Below are positions 1 to 11,368 of a stretch of DNA of 64,000 bases, piece by piece (the first letter of the stretch is position 1; each line of letters starts with the position of its first letter). A program made the position numbers and the translations under genes. The stretch covers positions 5,018-69,017 of the forward strand of contig JADJFB010000018.1 in NCBI GenBank assembly GCA_016708845.1, written 5' to 3'. The notes under the pieces were generated by a model. The model was not told the origin of the DNA, searched no databases, and worked only from the letters and a program-made list of their open reading frames with translations. The DNA comes from Bacteroidota bacterium (lineage in GTDB: Bacteria; Bacteroidota; Bacteroidia; B-17B0; Aurantibacillaceae).

Positions 1-1016
1 GTGAAGTGCCACATGTTAATGTATTTGCTGCATAATATGTGTATGATCCTATTGCCATAGTATTTGTAGTTAAGGCGGTACCTGTGGCTATAGGCGTTAA
101 AGTAGTTGTATTTGAAAACCAACTTATAGTACCAGTAGCTGAGGCTGTAAGTGTAGTTGTATTAGAAGTGATGCAAATTGTTTGTTGAGATAAAGGAGTA
201 TTTGTAGCTAAATCATCTGCGCCACAAGCAATGTGTACCATGTATTTCTATACACATTATTTGATGATTACCCGTTAATAAATAAGCTGTTCCATCACTT
301 GCAAGAGATATAGATGTTACATTTGCTGGTGCTGTTATATCACGAATCCATGTGCTAGAAGCGACATGAAAATAAAATAGCTGACCTCCTAGAACTACTA
401 AAACTTTATTTGCATCGCCTACAGCAATATCTGTATGACCTGTGCCTAAATTATCCCACTGACTTGTAACAGTATTATAACGAACAATATATTTAGTGCC
501 AAGATAGGTGTATAAGGCGCACATGGTCCCATCCTGCGCAATATCTACTTTATCATACTTTACACCAGTTGGAAATAAATCCAAAATATCAGCTGGACTA
601 TTGTTGTGTAAACGTTTTCGCCTGCAAATACACCTGCACAACCAACAGCAACCGAGTTACTCAGCACTAACGGCTGCAAATGAATAATTTTTTACCGCGC
701 CATTTTTATATGAATTACTACCAACAACTGTCCAAATTGTTCCATCAGAAGCAATTGCTGCATTCGAAAATTAACATTTAAACCCTGCCCATCTTGGTAC
801 ATATCCCAAAGACTTGTTACAAAATTATACTTATAAGCGCACTGATAGCAGAGCCGTTTGTATGGGCAGCGGTTCCACAACTAGGTTTGTAGACCCAACA
901 TCAATAGATCTAACTTGTCCAGTAAATGGGGAAAACATAGTTGGAACACTTGTCCATTGTGCTATTGCTCCCAATTGAGCAATCATAGTGATTGTAAAGA
1001 GTAATAATTTTTTCAT
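1..1016 (-). pseudogene. Secreted lectin/adhesin, N-terminal part (signal peptide, tectonin-like beta-propeller repeats, then Cys-containing Ig-like repeats). Frame is broken at least twice as assembled. Gene continues past the window start.
   Basis: ORFs 831..1016 (MKKLLLFTITMIAQLGAIAQ signal peptide), 692..880 and 213..641 are consecutive pieces on the same strand. Repeats have W..(L/I).G....IAVG...V..... periodicity. Bases 1..212 translate in a third frame to ...QQTICITSNTTTLTASATGTISWFSNTT..., the same repeat type as in 55060..57597. Confidence 0.45.
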
Positions 1017-1276
1017 AATTTAATTTTTAAATATTCAAGCCAAATTTCTTTTAATACAACGGCATTTTTTAAGTCCTTTTACAAAACCTTGTTTTGAATT
1101 GACGAAAATGGGCTTTGAGTTTTTGTAGCTTTATATAAACTGCAAAACGAGAACCTATATTTGTTAAAATCATCGTAAGTTATAAAGAATTAAGAGAATA
1201 CCTAAACCCAAAACAACATTTGGTTAATTGAAAAGCTACTTTGGTGAAATGATAGACTGATACCAAACTTTAACAT

Positions 1277-1284
1277 TATCTTTG
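1277..1284 (+). promoter_or_regulatory. Bacteroidota -7 promoter box candidate (TATCTTTG, matches TAnnTTTG)
   Basis: Exact TAnnTTTG match 12 nt upstream of the TTG start at 1296. A second match, TATATTTG, lies near 1156..1163. Confidence 0.3.
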
Positions 1285-1295
1285 TTGAATATTTT

Positions 1296-4197
1296 TTGAA
1301 ACATTTAATTCACATACTATCTTTTTTTGCGTTATCGTTTGTAGCGATAGGGCAAGAACCTTATACCATTAAGTATAACAAATCTAATGGTATGCCATCA
1401 AATGCTGTGTTTAATGTGTTTCAAGATAGTAAAGGTTTTATGTGGTTTGCCACAAATGCAGGGCTCACACGTTATGATGGATTTGAATACAAGACTTATA
1501 CATCAACTGCACAAACCTCAACGCCAGGCAGTAGCATTGTAGAAGACAAATACGGAAGAATTTGGTACGAAAATTTTGATGGCTATATGTATTATATCCA
1601 AAACGATAGTTTACATGCCTTTCTGCAAAATGATCCTATTCAATATCTACCTATCACATTAACAGAAACACATTTATTTGCATTTCAAAAAAAAGGCATT
1701 GACGTATATGATTTAAAAACATTAAATAGAATTGCTACTAAATCTTTTCCTCATAAAATTGTAGAGTTTTCAGGCAGTAGTCAAAACAATTCTTACTTTA
1801 TAGAAAGTGATGTGCTATACAAATTAGATGAAAAAATGATCCTTTCATCTACAAATTTTTCAAAATTAAAAATACAGTGCTAAAGCAATTGTACGTTCAT
1901 AATCATAAAATTTATATTGTAAGCAAATTAAATAAAACAAAACTTGTTTACGTTTTTGATGAAAATTTAAAGCATCTATATACGATTCCATAAAAGAACC
2001 AGAGTTTATACAAGGTCTTAATTTTACAGATAGCCTTGTTTGGATTCATACGCCACAAGGGTCTCATGCGTATCATGATGATAAAACTAAAACAGGTTTG
2101 TACAAAACTTTATTTAAGGAAAAAAGTATCTCTTGCGTAAAAAAGATAGGCAAAACAACTATTGGTTTAGTAGCCCTAACGAAGGTGTGTTTATGGCGCC
2201 AAACCTAAATAACATCGTGTCCGCACAACAAAATTTATTACCCAATAAAATTGTAGCAGCAAAGCAAGGCTTTTTAATCGCTACCAAAAAAGGAGAAATA
2301 TGCCTATATGATTCCTTATTAAATTTTAAATCTATTTTAAATAAGCAAATAGATAATTCAGAAATTTATTATTTAAACTTCGACTCAACCAGTAACGATT
2401 TATTTTATTCTTCTAAAGGCTTTACACAAGCGCCGCAATTAAACTTTCAAAATTGTAACATCTTCCAAACTGCTATTAAAGAAATTACAAGACTAGATGG
2501 AGCATACTATGCGATTGCTGCCAGCGGCTATTGTGGCCTAGCAACATTTAACAATGAAAAAGAAAACACTTCACTTTGGAACAACTATTTTACAAATCAC
2601 ATAAAAGTTGAAGTTCCTAATACTTCTTCAATACTTGAAGGCGTTCGAGGAAAATCAGTAGCATATAACAAACAAAAAAAACCATTTATTTTGCCACCAA
2701 TATTGGATTGTTTAAATGCACTCCTTCATCAACTCAAGAAATAAAATTTAACGAAGCACCGTTTTATGCTTCAAAAATAGTTTTTATAACAACATCATTT
2801 ATGCGCTGTCAACAAAAGGCGATTTATATACCATTACAAACGAAACAAATTTTACTCAGCTAAATACTAAAAACAACATTAAAAACTTTGATATAAAATT
2901 TATCAAGCAATACAATAAAAAGCTAATTGTGATTGCTAGCGGCTACGCTTATTTATATGATTTAGATACCGAACACTTATCTAAAATAGACGTGAATATT
3001 AACTCCTACGAAGTAAATGATGTGCTTTTAAAAAACAACACTTTATTACTGCTCACAAATTCTGGCATCATTAAAGCTGACATCAATAACTCCATTATTA
3101 AAAAAGAAAAAGCCATTTTACAAATAACAAACTTATCTGCCAATGGAAAATCAATCAATATAAACGAATCAACTAATTTACCTTACAATCAAAACGATAT
3201 TACGATTCGGTTTTCGGTGTTAGACTTTGGAACCTCCACTGAAAATAATGTATTTTATAAAGTGAACAATGATCCATGGAAAAAGGTTTCAAACGAAACT
3301 CGACTTATTGAGTTTGCTTCTCTAAAACCTGGCACATACAACATACAATTTAAAATTAATGAAACTATAACCGCATCAACCGTTCATTTTAAAATGATTA
3401 CACCTTTTTGGCAAAGCATTTGGTTCATGATCTTATGTTTTTACTAGCACTTGCTTTAGGTTTACCTATTACAGATGGCAACTTAATAAATTACGAAATA
3501 AAAATAAATTACTAGAAGACAAAAACAGATTGCTAAACGAAAAAATTGAATTAGAACATAACTTAAATAAGTCAGTTTTAAAATCTATTAAAGCGCAAAT
3601 GAATCCGCACTTTTTTTACAATGCACTTAATACGATACAAGCATATATTTTTACAAATGATAAAACAAAAGCTAATAGTTATTTAGCAAAGTTTTCGAAA
3701 CTCACCCGTGTCATTTTAGAACAATCCGAAAAGAAACCATTTCTTTAGGCGACGAGATCGAATCACTGACCCTTTATTTAGAACTTGAAAAAATGCGTTT
3801 TAAAGAAGGGTTTGAATATAACATCGAACACAAGACAGATACACATAAAGACACTATTGAATTTCCGCCAATGTTGATACAGCCTTATGTTGAAAATGCT
3901 ATTAAGCATGGTTTGCTGCATAAAGAATCTGACAGAAAATTATTTATTTTATTTGAAGAGATTAACCATCATCTTGTCATCACTATTGATGATAATGGTA
4001 TTGGACGAAAACGTTCGGAAGAATTAAATAGAATAAAAAACGATAAGTATCAATCTTTTTCTTCACAAGCCAACGAAAAACGATTAGAAATTTTAAACAG
4101 AACTAACGATAAAATAGTTGTTAAATTTAACGACAAAGTGGATGCCAGTGGACAATCGCTGGGAACAAAAGTAATACTGACCATACCAATTATTTAA
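1296..4197 (+). pseudogene. Hybrid-type sensor histidine kinase (periplasmic two-component-regulator propeller + Y_Y_Y domain, TM, LytS/YehU-type His_kinase + HATPase), split into at least 5 ORF pieces as assembled
   Basis: ORFs 1296..1883, 2133..2744, 2929..3447, 3530..3748 and 3793..4197 are collinear pieces. Motifs include GFMWFATNAGLTRYDG (propeller repeat), NPHFFYNALNTIQ (LytS-type H-box region) and IQPYVENAIKHG...DDNGIG (N/G1 boxes). The gaps translate in shifted frames. Confidence 0.7.
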
Positions 4198-4198
4198 G

Positions 4199-4951
4199 AT
4201 GTACAAAGCAATTATTATAGATGATGAAGAAATGGCAAGAACCTTACTACAAGGTATGGTTGCCGAATACTGTAACAATGTTGAAACCGTTGAATTATGT
4301 AAAGATTTGCCAACTGGTGTAAAAGCCATTAGAAAACATAAACCAGATATTGTTTTTTTAGATATTGAAATGCCCGGACACAGTGGTTTAGAATTGTTAG
4401 ATTTTTTTGATGAAAATGAAATCAATTTTTCAATCATTTTTGTAACAGCTTATAACCGCTATGCGATACAAGCCTTCAAATTATCAGCCGTTGATTATTT
4501 GCTAAAACCAATTGAAGTTGAAGATTTAAAAAATGCGATGATATTATTTGAACGAAATAAAAATCGTAACAAAGCCACTTATTCTGTATTAAAAGAAAAT
4601 TTAAAAAATTCTTCTTCCAAAAAAATTGCTTTAAACACACTTAACACCACTTCGTTTATCGAAACCTCTGATATTCTATTTTTTCAAGCAGATGGTTCGT
4701 ATACAAAAGTAATTTTAAAAGACAACAAAACACTTACTATCAGTAAAGGCTTAAAAAGCTTTGAAACACTGCTTGAAGACAATTCAGAATTTTTTAGATG
4801 CCATAAATCGTTTATCGTAAACCTTACTCACATCAGCGATTACGTTAAATCAAACGGCGGTTATTTGGTAATAGACAAAACCCATGAAATTGGTATCTCC
4901 TCAGATAAAACCGATCAACTTTTAAAACGAATAGCTCAATCTGTTGAATAA
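4199..4951 (+). CDS. LytTR-family two-component response regulator
   Basis: Receiver domain (IIIDDE...PDIVFLDIEMPG..G) followed by a LytTR DNA-binding domain (FFRCHKSFIVNL). Start is 2 nt after the kinase stop. Confidence 0.9.
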   Translation: MYKAIIIDDEEMARTLLQGMVAEYCNNVETVELCKDLPTGVKAIRKHKPDIVFLDIEMPGHSGLELLDFFDENEINFSIIFVTAYNRYAIQAFKLSAVDYLLKPIEVEDLKNAMILFERNKNRNKATYSVLKENLKNSSSKKIALNTLNTTSFIETSDILFFQADGSYTKVILKDNKTLTISKGLKSFETLLEDNSEFFRCHKSFIVNLTHISDYVKSNGGYLVIDKTHEIGISSDKTDQLLKRIAQSVE

Positions 4952-4960
4952 AATCAAAAA

Positions 4961-6013
4961 CTACCCTCTCTCTTTTTTAATTGGAGAAAATGCCAAAGGA
5001 TTAGCGGAAATTTCTTCCTGCAAATTTCTTGTTTTATAAATATCAATGGCTGCGTATAAAGCTTCTCTAAAAGAAGATTCATCGGCTATTTGTTTTCCGG
5101 CAATTTCATAAGCAGTTCCATGGTCTGGTGAGGTACGAACAAAATCTAAACCAGCTGTAAAATTAACGCCATGTCCAAATGCTAATGTTTTAAACGGAAT
5201 CAAACCTTGGTCGTGATACATGGCTAAAACACCATCAAATTTAGCTTGCGTGTTATTTCCAAAAAATCCGTCAGCAGAATAAGGTCCATAAACCATCATG
5301 GTTTCTTTTGCTTTTTCTATCGCTGGAATAATGGCTGTTTTTTCTTCGTCACCAATTGCTCCATTTTCTCCTGCATGAGGATTTAATCCCAAGACAGCAA
5401 TTTTTGGTTTACGAATCCCGAAATCTTTAACTAAAGATGCGTGTAGCTGATTAATTTTTTCTAACACATTTTGTGTAGTAATTTTTTCAGCAACATTTTT
5501 AATAGGAACATGCCCTGTAACAATAGCAATACGTAAATCCCCAGAACATAAAAGCATTAATGGCTTTCCTCCTAACTTATCTCCTAAATATTCGGTATGG
5601 CCAGGATAATTAAATCCCGCTTCTTGCATAGAGTGTTTATTGATTGGAGCTGTTACTAAAACGTCAATTTTTTTATCGAATAAAGCCATCGTAGCGGCCT
5701 CTAAAGACAATTTAGCATACTTACCACTCATGGTGGTTGGCTTGCCCATTTCAATGGTTACTTCTTCTTCGTAACAAATAAAAACGTTTGGTTTTTTAGT
5801 GTGCACATTGGTAAAGTCACGTAATGGGTTGAAATTAAACTCTTCTAAGTTTAACATCTTTCTAAAATAAGAAACTGTTTTTTGAGAACTAAATAAAATA
5901 GGGACACATATTTCTGATATTCCTGGTTCAGATAATGTTTTTAAAATAATTTCTAATCCTATACCATTTAAATCTCCTTGAGATATTCCTACTACTACTT
6001 TATTTTCTATCAT
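4961..6013 (-). CDS. pdxA: 4-hydroxythreonine-4-phosphate dehydrogenase
   Basis: GDLNGIGLEI, GHTEYL, GLNPHAGENG, TSPDHGTAYEIAG motifs. 350 aa full length. Confidence 0.9.
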   Translation of the reverse strand: MIENKVVVGISQGDLNGIGLEIILKTLSEPGISEICVPILFSSQKTVSYFRKMLNLEEFNFNPLRDFTNVHTKKPNVFICYEEEVTIEMGKPTTMSGKYAKLSLEAATMALFDKKIDVLVTAPINKHSMQEAGFNYPGHTEYLGDKLGGKPLMLLCSGDLRIAIVTGHVPIKNVAEKITTQNVLEKINQLHASLVKDFGIRKPKIAVLGLNPHAGENGAIGDEEKTAIIPAIEKAKETMMVYGPYSADGFFGNNTQAKFDGVLAMYHDQGLIPFKTLAFGHGVNFTAGLDFVRTSPDHGTAYEIAGKQIADESSFREALYAAIDIYKTRNLQEEISANPLAFSPIKKERG

Positions 6014-6016
6014 AAT

Positions 6017-7108
6017 TTATTTTTTTATCCAACCTACTAACGAGGCTACTTCTTCTCCATCTACACTTTCCCATTTAGAATTAGTGACGTTGTAAACAGA
6101 CATGCCTTGCTGGTAAGATTCATCCCCCATAATAATTTCTTTCACTAATACCGCATAATTAGGAGGCTTTAAAATTTTTTAAATCAAAGTGGTACCTTCC
6201 AATTTCTTTACCTTTATAATAAACAGCTCTTCCTTTTGGTTTTGGTTCAACCTCAACCGAAAAATTTTTATCAACCTCTTTGAAATTCGAAGTCAACATG
6301 GTTTCTTTGGCAGGATTAATACAATACAATTTATTTTTAAAATAAAATTCAATGTAACAATCCACACTATTTACTAACTGATAAGTTGCTGGAACATTTG
6401 CGGTTGAATTAAATGTTCCGATTACCTTAGATGTTTTAGTAGCAATATTATACTTTACAATGCTGCCTTCTAAATCAGTAATTTTTATATTAGGGAATAT
6501 AAAAGTGTTATTATCAACCCAATAAATTGGAATATCAGCTTTTGTGCTTTTGAACTCACCCACCATGTCCAGCATCTTCTATTAAAACCACTTTAGGTTT
6601 GTTCTGAGGATAGTATAATAATTTATAAGGAGATTTTGTTCTATCGAATTCTACATCTTGACCAATTTTAGGCTTAAAGGTTAAATTTTAATTTCAGAAT
6701 AAACATTTGTTTTTAAATCAAAAAGCATAATACTTTCCTTTAAATATATCATTCGTATAAAAGATAATGCTATCATTAGAGCAACGCACTAATTTAGCAG
6801 AACCATCATACAATACTTTTTTCTCTTGTAAATCAATAATATTTCCAATGCCAGAAATTAAATATCTGTCTTTATACAAAGTGTTGTTTGCAACGTCACA
6901 TCGCACATAATCTTTTCCCAATTTTCTTCCCTCAATCCACATTATTTGTTCTCTGCCTGCATATACATTATTTACAAAATTATATCGGTAAATAAATTGC
7001 CCTAAATTAGCTTTTTTGTTTGATCATAATGAACTACAATCAAAGATTCTCCTTTTGAGCAAAACTAACAACAGAAAGAAATAAAAGAATATGTAATAAA
7101 ATTTTCAA
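6017..7108 (-). pseudogene. Secreted hypothetical protein, fragmented into several frames as assembled
   Basis: TTG-KILLHILLFLSVVSFAQ signal peptide near 7108. Pieces 6718..6942 and 6159..6575 plus a C-terminal piece ending WIKK* 4 nt upstream of the pdxA start. No recognisable domain. Confidence 0.35.
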
Positions 7109-7139
7109 AAGAATATATTTATGGTTAAGTATTTATGTT

Positions 7140-8390
7140 CTATAAATTTGAGAAAAAATCAAATAATAATCTTACTCCGTAACCTGTGCCTCCTTTTCCT
7201 CTATAACTATCTTTAGCTGTAACAAATGCAGGTCCCGCAATATCAAAATGCATATAAGGATAATCAGTATATTTCACTAAAAACTTACCAGCTGTAATTG
7301 CTCCACCATAAGGTCCACCTAAATTTTTCTGATCAGCAATATCCGATTTTATTAACTCATCATATTCATCCCAAAAAGGAAATTCAGCTAAACGCTCATG
7401 CATACGCAATCCGCTTACTGTTAGGTTAGTTTTTTGTTCATCAGTTGCAGTTCCCATACTAACAATACCATATTGTCCAATAGCTGCTGCCGCTGCGCCA
7501 GTTAACGTTGATAATTCAATAGCCATCTCTGGCTTAAAACGTTTTGCATAATGTAAAGCATCTGCTAATATCATACGCCCTTCCGCATCTGAGTTTAACA
7601 TTTCAACCGTACTGCCATCCATCATCGTAATAATATCTCCAGGTGCAAAGGCATTAAAGCCAGGACGATTATCTGTTGCTGGAACTAAAGCAATCACGTG
7701 AACATTTAATTTTGCTTTTGCAATTGCATACATCGTACAGCCAACTGCTGCTGCTCCTGCCATATCACATTTCATTAAATCCATACTGTTTGGAGTAGGC
7801 TTTAAACTTAATCCGCCTGTATCGTATACAACTCCTTTACCAACTAATACGTATGGTTTTTTGTTTTTAGCATTTTTCGGTTTGTATTCCATTATAGAAA
7901 ATGTTGGTTCATCAACGCTTCCTTGATTAACGGCTAACAAACCGCCCATTTTTAATTGTTTAATTTTAGTTTTATTTAAAACGTCTACTTTAAAACCGGC
8001 ATTTTTTCCCATAGCCTTAAATGCATTTGCTAAATCAGTTGCATTTAAAGTATTTACAGGTTCATTTACCAAATCACGCGCCTTTAATGTAGCATCAATA
8101 GCAATAGATAAATTAGAAATATGTTGTGAAGAAATTTTTGAATCAACTACAGATACATCTTTTAATGTATTAGCTGTTTTTTTTGCGCTTGGCTTATGTT
8201 TAATAAATTGATAATTAGCTAAAGCAATTCCTTCTGCTAAAGCCAAAGAATAATCGGTATTTGATAATTCATTTACACAACAAACAGATGTACGCTTTTC
8301 GCTATTTATTGTATCTGCTATAGTTGCACCGTTTTTACGAATTGCCTCTAACATGGAGTAATGATTTTTTTTATCATCTACTACAATCAC
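7140..8390 (-). CDS. pepA: Leucyl aminopeptidase, M17 family
   Basis: VGKGVVYDTGGLSLKP and NSDAEGRMILADAL catalytic motifs. The frame stays open upstream of 8390. An ATG near 8573 followed by a T6/A6 run suggests the true N-terminus lies about 60 codons upstream, separated by a homopolymer frameshift. Confidence 0.85.
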   Translation of the reverse strand: MIVVDDKKNHYSMLEAIRKNGATIADTINSEKRTSVCCVNELSNTDYSLALAEGIALANYQFIKHKPSAKKTANTLKDVSVVDSKISSQHISNLSIAIDATLKARDLVNEPVNTLNATDLANAFKAMGKNAGFKVDVLNKTKIKQLKMGGLLAVNQGSVDEPTFSIMEYKPKNAKNKKPYVLVGKGVVYDTGGLSLKPTPNSMDLMKCDMAGAAAVGCTMYAIAKAKLNVHVIALVPATDNRPGFNAFAPGDIITMMDGSTVEMLNSDAEGRMILADALHYAKRFKPEMAIELSTLTGAAAAAIGQYGIVSMGTATDEQKTNLTVSGLRMHERLAEFPFWDEYDELIKSDIADQKNLGGPYGGAITAGKFLVKYTDYPYMHFDIAGPAFVTAKDSYRGKGGTGYGVRLLFDFFSNL

Positions 8391-8647
8391 AAAAACTAAA
8401 CGAGATAAGGTGTTGATGCAAACAAATTTTTTATCATTTGTTTTTATGTCGTTAGATATATAATCAACTTGTTCTTTCGTTAAATTATACTCTGATTTAT
8501 TTTTAAATGAACTGCAAACGATAGCTAAACTTTGTTTACTATCGATATTACTTTTTTAGAAATGGTTGTCATATATGCGAATTTACTAAAAATCAATGAT
8601 TTGATAAAATATGAGCCAAGTTTATTTACAATCTTATATAATTAAAA

Positions 8648-8680
8648 CAAAAAAAACCGACCGCTAGTTAGCGGACGGTT
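8648..8680 (-). terminator. Rho-independent terminator downstream of the SBP gene
   Basis: On the minus strand: ccgtccgcta-ac-tagcggtcgg hairpin (one mismatch) followed by T8. Confidence 0.6.
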
Positions 8681-8701
8681 TCAAATTCATTAATTTTTAA
8701 T

Positions 8702-10483
8702 TTATTTTTTAGGCATTTTATCTTTCGGTATTAAATATACCACTGATAAATCCATGTAATTCATTGCGTTTTCAGGGAAATTACGAACGTTTAATTGCTC
8801 TAAACGGAAGTTTTCGTCATAAAATATTGGCATAAATGGTGCTTCATCTAATAACACTTGCTCTGCTTTAGCTAACATAGCATAACGTTTTGCTTTATCA
8901 GGCTCAGTAAATGACGCCGCAAATAATGAATCAAAACGAGCATTTTTAAATCTTGTGTAGTTAATGAATGATTTTTCTGTAGCTCCAGCAGGAACGTGCT
9001 TACCGTAGAAAATGGTTAAGAATGTTTCTGGATCTGGATAATCAGCAACCCATGCTAAACGGAAGAAATCAGATTTTCCTGATGTTACATTTTCAAGATG
9101 CTCAGCTAAAGGAACTGTATTGATTTCAATATCCACGTTTAAATTTTCCTTCAACATTTTTTGTACTACCTCAGCAATTAAGATATTTCTATCTCCACCG
9201 CCACCGTTGATTTCTAAAGTAACTTTAGGGAAACCTTTACCATCTGCAAATCCAGCTTTTTTAAGGTATTCTTTCGCCTTAGCAACATCTAAAGTATATC
9301 CTTTTAATCCTTTAAAATCATACCCATCTTTTTCAAATGCTTCAACGTAAGGCACAATACCATAATCAGCTGAATTACCTTCACCTTGAATTGTGAAATC
9401 CGCAATTTTTTGTCTGTCAATTGCAAAGTTAAATGCTAAACGAACTTCTTTTTTGTTAAACACCGCACTTGTATTGTTAAATCCAAGGTAATTGGTGTTG
9501 AAAGCTGTTGAATTTAAGATTTGGAATTCTGTTTTACGATCTTTAGCATGTTCTAAATCTCCCATAATCTCATGGAAAATCTCTACAGGTAAACGATATA
9601 CCATATCTAAATTACCTGATTTAAACTCTAAAATCTCTGCTTTTTTCTCACGTATAAATGTGTACTTTAATCCATCTAAGTATGGTAATTTGTTGCCGTC
9701 TTTATCAACTCCATAATAATCTTGATTTTTCTTCATGATTAAAACTTCTCCTTCTTTTACTGTTTCTAAGTAAAAAGGGCCTGTTCCTACTGGGTGAATA
9801 CGTAAATCTACCCCGTATTTATCAATAGCTTCTTTAGGATATACCCAACATCCTGGCATAGCTACAATGTTCAAGAATCCAGCAAATGGATCTTTTAATG
9901 AAATAACTAAAGTTGTATCGTCAATTACTTTAATACCTGATACAGGCATGTTTTTTCCTGCCTTTGATGACGCAAAAGCCTCATTAGCACCAACTACTCT
10001 GTCTTTAAACGTTACGTCAAACTGAGCATTATTAGGGTCAGCAGTACATAATTTTTCATAACACAATTTAATGTCATTTGCTGTAACAGTTCTTCCTTTA
10101 CCATCAGAAAAACAAGCATCTGCATGAAACTTAACACCTTGGCGGATATGGAAAGTCCATTCTGTTTGATTCGCATTTGATTCCCAAGAACGCGCAATTG
10201 CTGGCTTAATAGATAAATCATTTTGATCAAACTTCACTAAGCCCTCAAATAATTGAGAACCAATATGGAAACCAACAATTTCGTTAACAGCAATAGGATT
10301 TAAGCTTTTAAAAGCCTCAACCTCGTTCATGCGCATTACTCCGCCCATATAAACGCCGCCTTTTCCTTCTGCACCGTCGTGATTACCTTTGTTTTCGTCT
10401 GAACATGAGCTGCAAGAAGCTAATCCTAATGTGAATAAGCCTGCTGCTAGTGGAATAAATATTTTTTTCATACCTAGGTACAT
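8702..10483 (-). CDS. ABC-transporter family-5 (peptide/nickel type) substrate-binding lipoprotein, orphan (no permease genes nearby)
   Basis: Lipobox LGLASC after MKKIF. The likely true start is the second Met near 10471. Family-5 SBP features include WVADYPDPETFL. Confidence 0.8.
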   Translation of the reverse strand: MYLGMKKIFIPLAAGLFTLGLASCSSCSDENKGNHDGAEGKGGVYMGGVMRMNEVEAFKSLNPIAVNEIVGFHIGSQLFEGLVKFDQNDLSIKPAIARSWESNANQTEWTFHIRQGVKFHADACFSDGKGRTVTANDIKLCYEKLCTADPNNAQFDVTFKDRVVGANEAFASSKAGKNMPVSGIKVIDDTTLVISLKDPFAGFLNIVAMPGCWVYPKEAIDKYGVDLRIHPVGTGPFYLETVKEGEVLIMKKNQDYYGVDKDGNKLPYLDGLKYTFIREKKAEILEFKSGNLDMVYRLPVEIFHEIMGDLEHAKDRKTEFQILNSTAFNTNYLGFNNTSAVFNKKEVRLAFNFAIDRQKIADFTIQGEGNSADYGIVPYVEAFEKDGYDFKGLKGYTLDVAKAKEYLKKAGFADGKGFPKVTLEINGGGGDRNILIAEVVQKMLKENLNVDIEINTVPLAEHLENVTSGKSDFFRLAWVADYPDPETFLTIFYGKHVPAGATEKSFINYTRFKNARFDSLFAASFTEPDKAKRYAMLAKAEQVLLDEAPFMPIFYDENFRLEQLNVRNFPENAMNYMDLSVVYLIPKDKMPKK

Positions 10484-10499
10484 AAGTTTATAGTAAGGA

Positions 10500-10507
10500 C
10501 AAATATA
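10500..10507 (-). promoter_or_regulatory. -7 promoter box candidate (TATATTTG on minus strand)
   Basis: Plus-strand CAAATATA lies 17 nt upstream of the 10483 start. Confidence 0.35.
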
Positions 10508-10547
10508 ATCTAAAAAACTAAAAAAACTAAAAAATTAGATGAATTTC

Positions 10548-11311
10548 TTAAAATTCGATTTCTAGAAGAACTGGGCAGTGGTCACTATGCATCGCATCTG
10601 GCAAAATCACTGCTCGTTTGAGGTGTTTTTCGAGGTGATTAGCCACTAAATTATAATCAATTCGCCAACCCAAATTTTTGCCTCTCGACCCTGCTCTGTA
10701 ACTCCACCAACTGTATTGATGGGGTTCTTGATTAAAGTGCCTAAAAGAATCGATAAAGCCTGATTGAATAAACTGTTCCATCCACTCTCTTTCCTCAGGC
10801 AAAAACCCTGAGGTGTTGGCATTTGATTTAGGATTATGAATATCGATTGGTTTATGGCAAATATTATAATCTCCACACAAAATCAAATTTGGTAATTTTT
10901 CTTCAAATCATCGATGTAATTCTGAAAATCAGTAAGCCATTGCATTTTAAACACTTGCCTTTCATCGCCGCTACTTCCACTTGGATGATAAACACTCATC
11001 ACCGAACAAGTGTCAAAATCCAATCGAATAATTCGACCTTCAAAGTCATATTTTTCAATTCCACAGCCATATTCAACATGTTTTGGTTTGATTTTAGAGA
11101 AAATGGCCACGCCGCTATATCCCTTTTTTTGAGCAGAATACCAATATAAATGATAGCCTAAGGCTTCAAATGCCTTAACATCCACTTGATCGGATGTAGC
11201 TTTTGTTTCTTGTAAACATAAAACATCTGGATTTGCAGCTTTTAACCAGCCAACCAAATCTTTATTCATGGCGGCACGAATGCCATTTACATTGTATGTA
11301 ATTATCTTCAT
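10548..11311 (-). pseudogene. xth: Exodeoxyribonuclease III, one frameshift as assembled
   Basis: MKIITYNVNGIRA, LCLQETK, ILCGDYNICH, SDHCPV motifs. ORFs 10883..11311 and 10548..10886 join as ...KKNY|PNLILCGDY if the GG at about 10891 is read as GGG. Confidence 0.85.
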
Positions 11312-11368
11312 TTAAAATCAATTTAAAGGATAAAAATACAATTTCTATATTTATAAACCGTTATAAGC

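Noticed and set aside
4093-4437. 114-aa minus-strand ORF spanning the kinase/regulator junction
   Set aside because: It is antisense to two motif-supported genes and has no independent support.
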